IMG/VR virus record: IMGVR_UViG_3300043107_000144
Length of the DNA stretch: 25,727 nt
Source: an uncultured virus (IMG/VR IMGVR_UViG_3300043107_000144)
Lineage: Duplodnaviria > Heunggongvirae > Uroviricota > Caudoviricetes
Direction: 5' to 3' (one strand)
Below the pieces are notes generated by a model. The model was not told the origin of the DNA. It searched no databases and saw only the letters and a program-made list of their open reading frames with translations. A program made the translations under genes and the position numbers. Below are positions 7,296 to 16,937 of this stretch, piece after piece (positions within the stretch are counted from its first letter, which is position 1; every line of letters begins with the position of its first letter).

Positions 7296-9387
7296 CGAAG
7301 AGAAAAAACAATTATATATTTGGTGGCAGGTATTTAAACAAGGGCATAAACTTGTTGAGATACGAGGAATTGGAGATAAGCAAACGTGGTCTGGGTATTA
7401 CAAAAATATCGAGAATATCATTCGCGACGTAGATTTTCACCGCGACATAAACCTATATTTCACCATCGGCAATATCAACGAGGCTTGCTATGGCAGACCT
7501 CAATGTGAGCAGATGATGAAGAATGTCAAGAACGCCACAACAGACAGCGAGATTGAATCAAGGGACTTTGTGTTCCTTGATTTCGATTGCGTGCATGAGG
7601 GTATATCCGGAATCAACTCAACCAACGAAGAAAAGCACCTTGCCCACTTAAAGGCCGTAGAGGTGTATCGCTGGCTCCGCGAGCAAGGCTTCAGTGATAT
7701 GGTATGCGTGGATTCGGCAAATGGATACCATATATACATCCCATGCCGCATAAAAGGTACCGTTGAGAATGACGAGATGATAAAGAGATTCACACTCTCA
7801 ATCTCCATGCTCTTTTCGGATGAGAATGTTCAGATTGACGAGAAAATCTTTACCCGTGGACGTGTGGCAAAGCTCCCGACCTCATATTCAAGGAAAGGTA
7901 CTGCTAAGAATACGGAACGTCCGCAGAGGCAGTGTAAAATTCTTCATGTACCAGATGAAATTATACCAAATGATAATGCGTACTTTGAGAAGGTGGCAGA
8001 CCTCTTCCCGAAGGAAGAAAAGCCATCTGCGGAGAATAACTATCAAGTAGGGAAGTTCGATATTGACGATTTCATCAAGAGACACAATATCGAGATACTG
8101 AAAGAGCAGCATGTGGCAGGTGGACGCAAGCTGATTTTGAAACATTGCCCGTTCTCCGACCAACACGACGGAGATTCGTGTTTTTTTGTAAATGCGAATG
8201 GAGCAATCGCATGGCATTGTTTCCATAACGGGTGTTCTCACCATACATGGCGAGATGTTCGCATTAAATACGAGCCTGACGCATACTCGCGTAAAGAGAT
8301 TGCGGAATACAATCAGCGGCAGCGATACTACGGTACATTTGACAGACAGCCATTTCAGCCTCTGCCCGAAACAGAAGAACTTGGCAAGAAATGGCTTGCC
8401 GCAAGAGAAATTAAGCGAGTGGAAATCGACGAGCTGGCTTACGTGTCGATGGGCTACCCGGAAATAGATAAAGCAATGTGGGGTTTGTTTATGGGCGACG
8501 TGACTGTACTTACCGGTACAAGTGGAAGCGGAAAGAGTAGCTTGCTTGCCTGCATTGTAAATAACCTTGTAGAGCGAAACGTCCGTGTCGCAATGTATTC
8601 GGGAGAGCTACAGGGCTTCCGTCTTATGAGCTGGCAGTACTGTTCGCTTGCGGGTAAGACATATACGAAGAAAAAGGAAGGGTATGATAATTGGTATTAT
8701 GCCCCTAAAAACGTGTGTGACAAAATCGACGAGTGGCTACAAAGGAAGCTCCTTGTCTACAACAACAACTATGGTAACAACTTTTTCCAGCTCTTCGCCG
8801 ATATAAAGGAGGTGGTCGAGCACGAACAGGTGTCAGTCGTGGTTGTGGATAATATGTCGGCGCTTGACTTATCGGAGTATCAAGGCAAGGATTTGGAGAA
8901 GCAGACTAAATTTATAACAGACATTAAGAACTTTGCAAAGACGAAGAACATCCATGTTATCCTTGTAGTGCATCCAAAGAAGCAGGTAAATGACGAACTT
9001 AATCAGAAGGAGAGTGTTGCCGGCTCTAACAATCTTACCAACCTTGTTGATAACGTGCTAATTGTGTCACGTCGAGGGATTGACTTTATGAAGCGCCTAT
9101 CCAACTTTTTAGGAGCAGACAAAGCCAAGAACTATGAGCAGTACGATACGATTGTGCAACTATGCAAATGCCGTATGAGCGGGCAACAAGACCGCTTCTT
9201 CGGATTATATTTTGAGCCGGAGAGCAGGCGTATCAAGAATACAAAAGCAGAGCATATAAACTACGGATGGTGCGCAGAGCCAGTGCAGCCGAGTATTCCG
9301 TTGCCATCAGCAAGCGAATTGTCCTCTGACACTCCCGATATGCCTTTCCTTCCTCCTACCGAAGCTGATGAAAATTGTCCTTTTTAA
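7285..9387 (+). CDS. Primase-helicase (AEP-type primase, Zn finger, SF4/DnaB-like helicase)
   Basis: FLDFD and DSANGYH (AEP motifs), CPF...H...CFHNGC, Walker A GTSGSGKS, VVVVDN, LVVHP. Confidence 0.85.
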   Translation: MLTDEEKKQLYIWWQVFKQGHKLVEIRGIGDKQTWSGYYKNIENIIRDVDFHRDINLYFTIGNINEACYGRPQCEQMMKNVKNATTDSEIESRDFVFLDFDCVHEGISGINSTNEEKHLAHLKAVEVYRWLREQGFSDMVCVDSANGYHIYIPCRIKGTVENDEMIKRFTLSISMLFSDENVQIDEKIFTRGRVAKLPTSYSRKGTAKNTERPQRQCKILHVPDEIIPNDNAYFEKVADLFPKEEKPSAENNYQVGKFDIDDFIKRHNIEILKEQHVAGGRKLILKHCPFSDQHDGDSCFFVNANGAIAWHCFHNGCSHHTWRDVRIKYEPDAYSRKEIAEYNQRQRYYGTFDRQPFQPLPETEELGKKWLAAREIKRVEIDELAYVSMGYPEIDKAMWGLFMGDVTVLTGTSGSGKSSLLACIVNNLVERNVRVAMYSGELQGFRLMSWQYCSLAGKTYTKKKEGYDNWYYAPKNVCDKIDEWLQRKLLVYNNNYGNNFFQLFADIKEVVEHEQVSVVVVDNMSALDLSEYQGKDLEKQTKFITDIKNFAKTKNIHVILVVHPKKQVNDELNQKESVAGSNNLTNLVDNVLIVSRRGIDFMKRLSNFLGADKAKNYEQYDTIVQLCKCRMSGQQDRFFGLYFEPESRRIKNTKAEHINYGWCAEPVQPSIPLPSASELSSDTPDMPFLPPTEADENCPF

Positions 9388-9402
9388 AAGATAGAGAAGT
9401 AT

Positions 9403-10177
9403 ATGATAGATTTAAGACACGGCGATTGCCTTGAAATATTGCCTACAATAGAAGATAAAAGTGTAGACCTGATACTTACCGACCTGCCTTACGAAGTCCT
9501 TAACAAGGGCAACGAACACGCAGCATGGGATAAAATGTTGCCCCTTGATAAACTGTGGACGGAGTTCAAGCGTGTAATTAAATCGGGGGGGGGCAATTAT
9601 TCTGTTCTCACAGGGAATGTTTACCTGTAAGCTGATGATGAGTAATCCTACGTGGTGGCGATACAACCTTATATGGGATAAGGTGGCTACTACGGGATTC
9701 TTAAACGCTAATCGTATGCCCTTGCGCCGACACGAAGATATTTGTGTGTTCTACGACAGGTTGCCGACATATAATCCGCAAATGGTTAAATGCGCTCCAC
9801 ATCAACGCAATCATGGGCGAGGAAGCATGAAGGGCAACCAAACGAATCGCTGCTATGGTGAGTTTATTGACTTACCAACAGTAATCTCCGATGAGAAGTT
9901 CCCAACAAGTATCATCTCCATTCCAAAGGAACATAAGAACGGTAGTTTCTACCATCCTACGCAAAAAGCCGTACCGCTATTGGAATACCTTATAAAAACC
10001 TATTCCAACGAAGGAGAAACTATCCTTGACGCTACAATGGGTAGTGGCAGCACGATGGTCGCTTGCGTGAATACGCTAAGACGCGGTATTGGGATAGAGC
10101 TGAATGACAAATACTTTGCCATTGCAGAGAAGAGAGTAAGAGAAGCAAAGGCTGAAATATCAAGTAGATTATTTTAG
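9403..10177 (+). pseudogene. Beta-class N6A/N4C DNA methyltransferase, frameshifted at a G9 tract
   Basis: ORF1 has ILTDLPY; ORF2 has HPTQK and LDATMGSGST. G9 at 9585-9593; G8 fuses them (KSGGAIILFSQGMFT). Confidence 0.85.
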
Positions 10178-10205
10178 AAAACATGTTGTACAACATATAA
10201 AAATA

Positions 10206-10237
10206 TTTGTTTTTCTCGCAGATTTTTTGTATGTTTG
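10206..10237 (+). promoter_or_regulatory. Bacteroidetes sigma-A promoter for recT
   Basis: TTTG-N20-TATGTTTG, exact consensus. Confidence 0.7.
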
Positions 10238-10334
10238 TATTCAGAAATAAGGCAACTGCGACTGCCGTGATTAACCGAATTTGGAAGCTCCTGTATGTGA
10301 TGTGTCGCAGCTCACGTATGGGACTTCTTTTTAC

Positions 10335-11192
10335 ATGAAAGATATGCAAGAAGAAAAAAAAGAAATCACCGTGCGCCACGACGTAGGCTCGCAGGTAATC
10401 GCACGAATTGACGAGCTTTGTAAGGGCGGCTTTACTATGCCGGCTGATTACAACTACGTCAATGCAATCAAGGCCTCAATGCTTGTGCTGCAGGACTTGA
10501 AGGATAAGAATAGTCAACCTGCACTTCAGGTATGTACTCCTGCATCTGTTCAGCAGGCACTCTTCAAAATGGCTATTAAAGGATTGGATGTTTCACGTAA
10601 CCATGCGTACTTTGTGGTGCGCGGAAACCAGCTTACACTTCCTGAAAGCTATTTTGGAAAAGCTCTTCAGGTCAAGAGAGTATTCCCTAACTTTGACCCG
10701 ACGGTAAGAATAATCTATCAGGACGATGTGTTCCTCTATGAGATTGACCCGATTACCGGTAGACGTAAAGTTGTCAAGCATGAACAGAAGATTGAGAACA
10801 TCGACAAGGATTTTGTCGGTGCTTATATGTACCTTCCGTGCGCTGATGGTGGCACCGACCTCTACATGATGACAAAACGGCAGATTGTTGCTGCATGGGC
10901 AAAGTCCTCGAATAAATCGCAAACGGTACATAATGAGTTCCGCGACAAGATGATTCAAAAAACGATGATTAATACCGGATGCAACCTGATTATCAACTCT
11001 ACTCCTGATAAGTTTGTTTCTCCTGACGAGAACGATGAGCCATCAGAGCAAAACACGAAAGAGACGCAGGATGCAGAATTTGAAGAGGTTGATATGGATA
11101 GCTTGCCTGATGAAGCTGATGTTGATGAAAGTGCTTCTGCTGAAGCAGAGACGGAGCAGGCGCAGGTCAAAACAGAAGACGACGATTTTTAA
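10335..11192 (+). CDS. recT: RecT-family ssDNA annealing protein
   Basis: ALQVCTPASVQQAL..MAIKGL...AYFV, FVGAY, AAWAKS...H.EF.DKM..KT; acidic tail. Start ATG 10335 or 10344. Confidence 0.85.
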   Translation: MKDMQEEKKEITVRHDVGSQVIARIDELCKGGFTMPADYNYVNAIKASMLVLQDLKDKNSQPALQVCTPASVQQALFKMAIKGLDVSRNHAYFVVRGNQLTLPESYFGKALQVKRVFPNFDPTVRIIYQDDVFLYEIDPITGRRKVVKHEQKIENIDKDFVGAYMYLPCADGGTDLYMMTKRQIVAAWAKSSNKSQTVHNEFRDKMIQKTMINTGCNLIINSTPDKFVSPDENDEPSEQNTKETQDAEFEEVDMDSLPDEADVDESASAEAETEQAQVKTEDDDF

Positions 11193-11198
11193 CCATAT

Positions 11199-11234
11199 AT
11201 GGGTGTCTTAACCACCGAAGGAGCGGACACCCAT
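11199..11234 (+). terminator. Hairpin after recT
   Basis: ATGGGTGTC/GACACCCAT 9-bp inverted repeat; only a weak T tract follows. Confidence 0.4.
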
Positions 11235-11250
11235 TTAGAAATGAAGCTAT

Positions 11251-11484
11251 ATGGAAGAACATTTTATGCCTCGAATAGTCGGTGGAGGATGGGAGTACAT
11301 CGTTCAATCGACTGGTACCATAAAAGAATTAATAGATATTATAAATGAAGCTATCGGTGATAAGGCTCGCGTCGCAGACCATTACAGTGAATTTGTCGGT
11401 ATGGACTACGACCGTAAACGTGCCACGGGTAGACTTCGGGTAGATATTGAATTTCCGATACCTATAAACGAAGAGCGGAAATGA
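11251..11484 (+). CDS. Hypothetical protein
   Basis: 77 aa, ATGA overlap with next gene. Confidence 0.65.
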   Translation: MEEHFMPRIVGGGWEYIVQSTGTIKELIDIINEAIGDKARVADHYSEFVGMDYDRKRATGRLRVDIEFPIPINEERK

Positions 11485-12419
11485 CAATAGACGAGCTTAA
11501 AGAGATGCAAGGATGGACGCTGGAGCAGAAGATATATCACACCATCGAAGTTATCCAGACGTTCGTAACCCGTAGGGGGGGGGTAAATTCGGTGTACGTA
11601 AGCGTTAGCTTCGGAAAGGATAGTCTAGTGCTTTGGGATATATGCAAGCGCATTTATCCCGATATACTGGGAATATTCATAAACACTCGAATGGAATACC
11701 CTTCCGTATGCAGGTTGGCGCACGAGATGATAGCAGATGGAGAGAATATCAAGATACTATATCCGAAGATGAAACCAAAGGATATATGGGCGAAGTTTGG
11801 CTTTCCGCTCGTTTCAAAGGAAACGTCCAATAAGATATACTATCTTAGGATGAATCCTGACAACAGCCAGAAAGAAAGATTTCTTGCTCGCCATGGATGG
11901 TATAACATACCGCTGATGTGGAGATTCTTGCTCGACGCAAAATATTGCAGCTCTGCTGCCTGTTGCAGGAAGCTTAAAAAAGAGCCTGCGCATAGCTATG
12001 AGAGAAGGACAGGCAGGTCGCCAATTCTTGGTATCCTTGCTTCTGAAAGCCGCCTTAGAACGCATGAATATATCACGCAGGGCGGATGCAATGTATTTGA
12101 CGGTCGTGCTCTATCAAAGCCGCTGTCTATATGGACTGAAAACGATGTATGGGAGTATATCAAGAGATACAATCTAAGATACCCTGATATATACGATGAA
12201 GGTCTTCGCTCTACCGGGTGTATGGCTTGCGGATTCGGAGCTCACATGAATGGCGACGAGAAGCTAGGCATACTTTACAAGACATATCCAAAGTGGTATG
12301 ATATGATAATGAGTTTTGAAAATAATGGTATAACTTTTCGTGAGGCTTTAAGGGAGGTTCTTTCAAAGAAAAGGAAGTATCTCCCCGACGAGAAGCCGAG
12401 TGATTTATTTGGAGAATAG
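11481..12419 (+). CDS. PAPS reductase-family (PP-loop, Fe-S) protein with in-frame G9 tract
   Basis: SVSFGKDS, CCRKLKKEP, PLSIWTENDVWEYI, RSTGCMAC; G9 at 11575-11583. Confidence 0.88.
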   Translation: MTIDELKEMQGWTLEQKIYHTIEVIQTFVTRRGGVNSVYVSVSFGKDSLVLWDICKRIYPDILGIFINTRMEYPSVCRLAHEMIADGENIKILYPKMKPKDIWAKFGFPLVSKETSNKIYYLRMNPDNSQKERFLARHGWYNIPLMWRFLLDAKYCSSAACCRKLKKEPAHSYERRTGRSPILGILASESRLRTHEYITQGGCNVFDGRALSKPLSIWTENDVWEYIKRYNLRYPDIYDEGLRSTGCMACGFGAHMNGDEKLGILYKTYPKWYDMIMSFENNGITFREALREVLSKKRKYLPDEKPSDLFGE

Positions 12420-12420
12420 C

Positions 12421-12798
12421 ATGAAGACAGAACTATTGATTATTCATGAGGAGGAAGACCCGAAGGTGATTATAAACAGATTCACCGACTACAACCCAAA
12501 CGATATATATTTCGTCGGGTATGTTTTTGGTGGCTATGATTGGGTTATGCCGATTAGAGATTCAAGCCTGCGCAAAGAGTTTGCTGCTTATAACGAGTTA
12601 TTTTCGGATACTGTCAAGGTGAAGGACTTCCCGTTTGAAGAGCAGAAAGTGTATATTCATGAAATCATAGACAATCATGGTGAATCTCTGTGGAATGATG
12701 AATATGCCGGCTGCGCTCCATCTACTGAAAGGATAGAGGATGTGTTTAGTAAAATAGACAAAGAGCTGTATTGCACGCTCTGTTGCGGAGCATATTAG
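12421..12798 (+). CDS. Hypothetical protein
   Basis: ORF track 12400..12798; ATG 12421 directly follows the upstream stop. Confidence 0.7.
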   Translation: MKTELLIIHEEEDPKVIINRFTDYNPNDIYFVGYVFGGYDWVMPIRDSSLRKEFAAYNELFSDTVKVKDFPFEEQKVYIHEIIDNHGESLWNDEYAGCAPSTERIEDVFSKIDKELYCTLCCGAY

Positions 12799-12867
12799 GG
12801 GCAATTTAGGCATCGGATACGGCATTGATGACAAAAGAACAAGGAAGAAGAAAAAGGAGGACATAAC

Positions 12868-13587
12868 ATGACAACTATAAAAATATTAGGCTCGTCGAGC
12901 GCAGGGAATGGGTATATTATCCAGTCAGGCGGACAATTGTTGATAGTCGAGCTTGGTGTAGACTTTACGGAGTACATAAAAGCACTTGACTATGATTTTG
13001 GTAGCCTCGTAGGGGTAATCGCCACGCACTCGCATTCTGACCATCTGAAGGTAAGCACATTGAAAAAAATGAATCTGGCTTCTTATACTGTATGGTCTAC
13101 AAAGGAGTGTTCGGAGAAATATCCCGATGAGGTGAGATTGCTATATCCGAGAGTAAAGGCTAGGTTTGGAGGATTCATTGTTACTGCGCTGCCTGTTCCG
13201 CATAGCGTTGAGTGCTATGCCTACGTGATAGACACCCCGGAAAAAGAAAGAATCCTCTTCTACACGGACTTGCAGGATTTTCCATACATGATTAACGGTG
13301 TAACCTGCATCATGGGCGAGGTGAATTACAGCACCGAGAAACTGATTGACAATATGTGCAATGGGAAGGTATCTTCAAGGCCGGAGTGCCACTTAGAGCT
13401 GTCAAAGGCTATCGCCATTGTAAGGCGTCATTGGTCTACATCGCTGGAGAAGGTAATATGTTTGCACCTCTCGAATGGGAACAGTGATGAGAATGAGATA
13501 AGAAAGCGTTTCTACGAAGAACTGGGTATCAGAGTAGAGATTGCTGATAAAGGAATGGTTATAAACTTTGACGAAGATGAATTTTAG
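12868..13587 (+). CDS. MBL-fold metallo-hydrolase (probable nuclease partner of RecT)
   Basis: ILGSSSAGNGY, THSHSDH, VPHSV, FYTD, CLHLSNGNS; AGGAGG upstream. Confidence 0.88.
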   Translation: MTTIKILGSSSAGNGYIIQSGGQLLIVELGVDFTEYIKALDYDFGSLVGVIATHSHSDHLKVSTLKKMNLASYTVWSTKECSEKYPDEVRLLYPRVKARFGGFIVTALPVPHSVECYAYVIDTPEKERILFYTDLQDFPYMINGVTCIMGEVNYSTEKLIDNMCNGKVSSRPECHLELSKAIAIVRRHWSTSLEKVICLHLSNGNSDENEIRKRFYEELGIRVEIADKGMVINFDEDEF

Positions 13588-13590
13588 CTT

Positions 13591-14513
13591 ATGAATATCG
13601 GACTTGTAGACGTAGACGGACACAACTTCCCAAACCTTGCGCTAATGAAGATTTCTGCATGGCACAAGGCGCACGGAGATAGCGTTGAATGGGCTAATCC
13701 TCTGTTCGGCAATTACGACAGAGTATATATGAGTAAGGTCTTTACATTTACCCCCCCCTATTATATAACTTTGATTGCGAAGTTATAAAGGGCGGTACAG
13801 GTTTTGGAATGTACAATGAGCTGCCTTACGAGATAGACCATACTCAGCCTGACTACTCAATCTACAACATAGCCGATACTTCATACGGATTTACGACACG
13901 TGGTTGCGTCAACAAATGCTCGTTCTGTGTAGTGCCAAAGAAAGAGGGTTCTATAAGGCCATATATGACGATTGATGAGATTGCCGCAGGGAACAAGAAG
14001 GTAGTGCTGATGGATAACAACATTCTTGCTCATCCTCACGGCATAGAACAATTAAGAATAGCCGCAGAGAGAGGCTACCGAATTGACTGCAATCAAGGAT
14101 TGGATGCACGTCTTGTAACGGATGAGATAGCCGAAATACTTGCAAGGTGCAAATGGATTGATTACATTCGTACAGCTTGCGACAGCCATGCGCAGATACC
14201 ATATATTGAGCGTATGCACGAGCTTCTTATAAAGCACGGACACAATGGCAGAATATTTGCTTACTGCCTTATTCGCGACTTTGAGGAGACGACCGATAGA
14301 ATCAATTACCTGCGTCAGTATAAATGGCTCTCGCCACACTGTCAGCCCTATCGCGACTTCAATAATCCGAAGCAGATTATACCGCAATGGCAGAAGGACA
14401 TGGCACATTGGGTGGATAGGAAATGGGCTTATCGTGCTTGTGAGTTTAAGGACTTTGAGCCACGTAAGGGGTTCAAGTGTAAGTCCTATTTTGAAGATAA
14501 TAGGTTAAGATAG
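13591..14513 (+). pseudogene. Radical SAM protein, frameshifted at a C8 tract
   Basis: N-terminal MNIGLVDVDGHNFPNLALMK; CVNKCSFC in ORF2. C8 at 13751-13758; C9 fuses the frames (FTFTPPLLYNFDCEVIKGGTG). Confidence 0.85.
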
Positions 14514-14522
14514 ATTAAAATA

Positions 14523-14554
14523 TTTGCTATCTTGTCTGTTCTTTCATACCTTTG
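14523..14554 (+). promoter_or_regulatory. Bacteroidetes sigma-A promoter
   Basis: TTTG-N20-TACCTTTG. Confidence 0.7.
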
Positions 14555-14571
14555 ATGAAAACTTTAAGAAA

Positions 14572-15000
14572 ATGCGACGAATAGCACTAAGAAATACAAA
14601 AAATAAATATGGTAATACCAAGGTAGAGTACGACGGTCATACCTTTGATTCAAAGAGAGAGAGAGATGCCTATGTTGTCCTGAAGGACTATGAAAGCAAA
14701 GGGTATATCTCCTGCCTTGAATGCCAGCCTAAATATGAGCTTATACCGGCAATCAAGGAAACATTCGTAAAACACTTGAAGACGAAAGACAAAGAGTGCG
14801 AGCGAACCGTACAGCTACCCATTACCTATACTGCTGATTTCAGATTCGTAAAGGACGGTAAAACATATGTCGTTGATATAAAAATCAGCCCGAAGATGCT
14901 ACCCGCTGAGTTTAAACTGAAGGTGAAGATGATGCGATATTTTCATGGTATAGACGTGATTAATATCTACAAAATATCGGACTTGAACAGATTCATGTAA
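14572..15000 (+). CDS. DUF1064-like PD-(D/E)xK endonuclease
   Basis: NKYGNTKVEYDGHTFDSKRE...YTADF...VVDIK; ATG 14572 lies downstream of the promoter. Confidence 0.85.
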   Translation: MRRIALRNTKNKYGNTKVEYDGHTFDSKRERDAYVVLKDYESKGYISCLECQPKYELIPAIKETFVKHLKTKDKECERTVQLPITYTADFRFVKDGKTYVVDIKISPKMLPAEFKLKVKMMRYFHGIDVINIYKISDLNRFM

Positions 15001-15013
15001 ACACGCAATAAAT

Positions 15014-15193
15014 ATGGAAAACGAGAACAAGGACGTTGTAAAATATCAGCTTGGATGGGTATTTACCGTCGAGGAAGAGATAAGAATGAAGAAGGCTATC
15101 AAGGAAGCTTCTAAGTTTATGGAAACCTATGGAAAAGGCAGAAAGCCTAAATCCACAAGTTCCAATATGTTAAACAGACACATGTATTCATAG
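15014..15193 (+). CDS. Small hypothetical protein (59 aa, not in ORF track)
   Basis: MENENKDVVKYQLGW...NRHMYS, ATG to TAG. Confidence 0.55.
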   Translation: MENENKDVVKYQLGWVFTVEEEIRMKKAIKEASKFMETYGKGRKPKSTSSNMLNRHMYS

Positions 15194-15243
15194 TATTATA
15201 AGTTTAAGTTTACGAGTAAGTTTATTTTGTTTTTAACAAAAGT

Positions 15244-15290
15244 CAAAGGCTCTACCCAATCGTTGCGATAACGAGTAAGTAGAGCCTTTG
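15244..15290. terminator. Hairpin between convergent transcription units
   Basis: CAAAGGCTCTAC/GTAGAGCCTTTG 12-bp stem with inner TCGTT/AACGA stem. Confidence 0.7.
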
Positions 15291-15292
15291 TC

Positions 15293-15409
15293 TTATTCCT
15301 CATCCTTGAAATAAGGGTGTACGTTCGACGATTGGCTTTCCTCATCCACTGACTTAACAACGGAAACGCTGGCTTCCTCGCTGCATCTGATAGTAATGAT
15401 TATATCCAT
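15293..15409 (-). CDS. Small acidic protein (38 aa)
   Basis: MDIIITIRCSEEASVS...YFKDEE; starts 2 nt after the upstream stop and ends at the hairpin. Confidence 0.5.
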   Translation of the reverse strand: MDIIITIRCSEEASVSVVKSVDEESQSSNVHPYFKDEE

Positions 15410-15411
15410 AG

Positions 15412-15915
15412 CTACTTAGTATTTTTAAGACACATATACTCCCAAATCTTGGTGGGTGAATAACCATCCTTATCATCCGTCCAGTCCTCATCCTTGAACC
15501 AAGTATTATAAGCAACTTTCAGAATCATCTCATCAGATAGAATCTCCGTCAAGTCAGTCGCGCTTGCGTTGAAGGCAACATACTTCGTCCAGTCCGTAAC
15601 AGAGGCGGGAAACTTCATATCCTTTGTCGCCTCCTTTATCTGCGCGCAAGACCAATACTCGCCTTCTCTTTCTGCGCCCTCCCTGTCGTGCCATTTCATG
15701 TTTGAAACATCATAGCGGGCAAATTCCTCGCCATATTGCCATGAGTGCATAAGTCCGTACTGCTCGCGCATGAAACCGTAGTAGAGGTCGGGCATTTTTC
15801 CCTTTACCTCTTCCATTAAGTCGCTCACCTTCTGAACAGACGACCACATAATATCCTTCGTGAACTTTCCGCTTGTTTCCGCGGACTTCACCATCTCGTA
15901 ATAATTAATCTCCAT
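15412..15915 (-). CDS. Hypothetical helical protein of Cys-rich module
   Basis: 167 aa; WTKYVAFNA..TD, WFKDEDW, KIWEYM. Confidence 0.8.
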   Translation of the reverse strand: MEINYYEMVKSAETSGKFTKDIMWSSVQKVSDLMEEVKGKMPDLYYGFMREQYGLMHSWQYGEEFARYDVSNMKWHDREGAEREGEYWSCAQIKEATKDMKFPASVTDWTKYVAFNASATDLTEILSDEMILKVAYNTWFKDEDWTDDKDGYSPTKIWEYMCLKNTK

Positions 15916-15917
15916 AT

Positions 15918-16031
15918 TTAGCAGTTATTACAGTGTGAGTTAAACTTAGGCAGTGGATGATATGTAGCAGTCACATCCTCCTCTACTGTCGGTTTAACCA
16001 CCTCTTTGTTAGTTTGTTTATTCTTTGCCAT
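15918..16031 (-). CDS. Small protein with C-terminal CxxC (37 aa)
   Basis: MAKNKQTNK...PLPKFNSHCNNC; stop lies 2 nt before the next ATG. Confidence 0.5.
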   Translation of the reverse strand: MAKNKQTNKEVVKPTVEEDVTATYHPLPKFNSHCNNC

Positions 16032-16282
16032 AGCTTTTCGTATAAAGCGTTAAGTAATATAAGCAGCATGGATAGCCAGTAGCTAAGGTATGCTGCGGTT
16101 ACGGATAAGAGTACAGCAGTGGTAATATCGTGCCCATTTAACAGCATGAGAAGAGAGCATAGCCAGAACGAGGAACATTTCTCGCAGGCGGCTATCTCCC
16201 TTGCTATCTCGGCTACCTTTTGGAATAGTCCAAGGTGAACACCAAGACAGGCTATTGCCACCGCTATGAGAGCCGTTATCAT
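15983..16282 (-). CDS. Membrane protein with CxxC
   Basis: ACEKCSSFW between hydrophobic segments. Confidence 0.7.
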   Translation of the reverse strand: MITALIAVAIACLGVHLGLFQKVAEIAREIAACEKCSSFWLCSLLMLLNGHDITTAVLLSVTAAYLSYWLSMLLILLNALYEKLWQRINKLTKRWLNRQ

Positions 16283-16734
16283 GATTCAGAACTTGCAGCT
16301 GTTGCAGAAACGGTGAGTGATATAGGGCACTCGCAGACAAACACCTTCGAGCAGGACTGACATCCGCTTGCCGCCATCTCGTTTACCGCAGAGCCTTGAA
16401 CGAGCGATACGTTCAGTGGTGTTCCGCTGAAATAGAACGGAATGGTAAAGTTCTGCGAGAGTGGCTGCTGCTTTGTGCAGTCGCAGTTTCCGCCACATGG
16501 AACGTAGCTTATGATACCCTCTACATGGACGGTCGCCACATACTGATTTGTTCCTACCTTTGAATAGCTTACAAGGGAGAAACGCGGATTGAATACGGGC
16601 GTGTTCTGAACGCACGTCTTAAAACAAAGGTTCTGCGTGATGTTCGCCATGAAGTAATATGGCGACGTGGTGGAACCTGCTGCAAGCGTCGCGGTAATAT
16701 CCGCAGGACGTACTTGATTACAACAATTTGTCAT
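16279..16734 (-). CDS. Cys-rich beta-strand protein
   Basis: Start reassigned to MTNCCN (ATG 16734); CGGNCDC and GCQSCSKVFVCEC. Confidence 0.75.
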   Translation of the reverse strand: MTNCCNQVRPADITATLAAGSTTSPYYFMANITQNLCFKTCVQNTPVFNPRFSLVSYSKVGTNQYVATVHVEGIISYVPCGGNCDCTKQQPLSQNFTIPFYFSGTPLNVSLVQGSAVNEMAASGCQSCSKVFVCECPISLTVSATAASSES

Positions 16735-16762
16735 AGTGATATAAGTTTTAAGAAGCCTTTGA

Positions 16763-16936
16763 TTAATCTTCGCCACCGGCTTCATTGGTAGCTTTTGTCT
16801 GTTTCGGGAACATCGCTGCGTGAATCTCCGAAAGCAGTGTGTTGTTCTCCTGCATGAGCTTGAAGACCTCAACGACATTCTGATTGGTATTGCCGATGCC
16901 CTCGGCTATTACACTGAATATATTTTTAGTTTCCAT
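16763..16936 (-). CDS. Small hypothetical protein (57 aa, not in ORF track)
   Basis: METKNIFSVIAEGIGNTNQNVV...EAGGED, directly after the upstream stop. Confidence 0.65.
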   Translation of the reverse strand: METKNIFSVIAEGIGNTNQNVVEVFKLMQENNTLLSEIHAAMFPKQTKATNEAGGED

Positions 16937-16937
16937 A

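Noticed and set aside
50..14408. Numerous minus-strand ORFs in the early arm
   Set aside because: They lie antisense to a tightly coupled plus-strand gene chain and show no recognisable motifs.
16735..16878. N-terminal extension of ORF 16279..16878
   Set aside because: Overlaps a better coupled 57-aa ORF (16763-16936); the likely start is ATG 16734.
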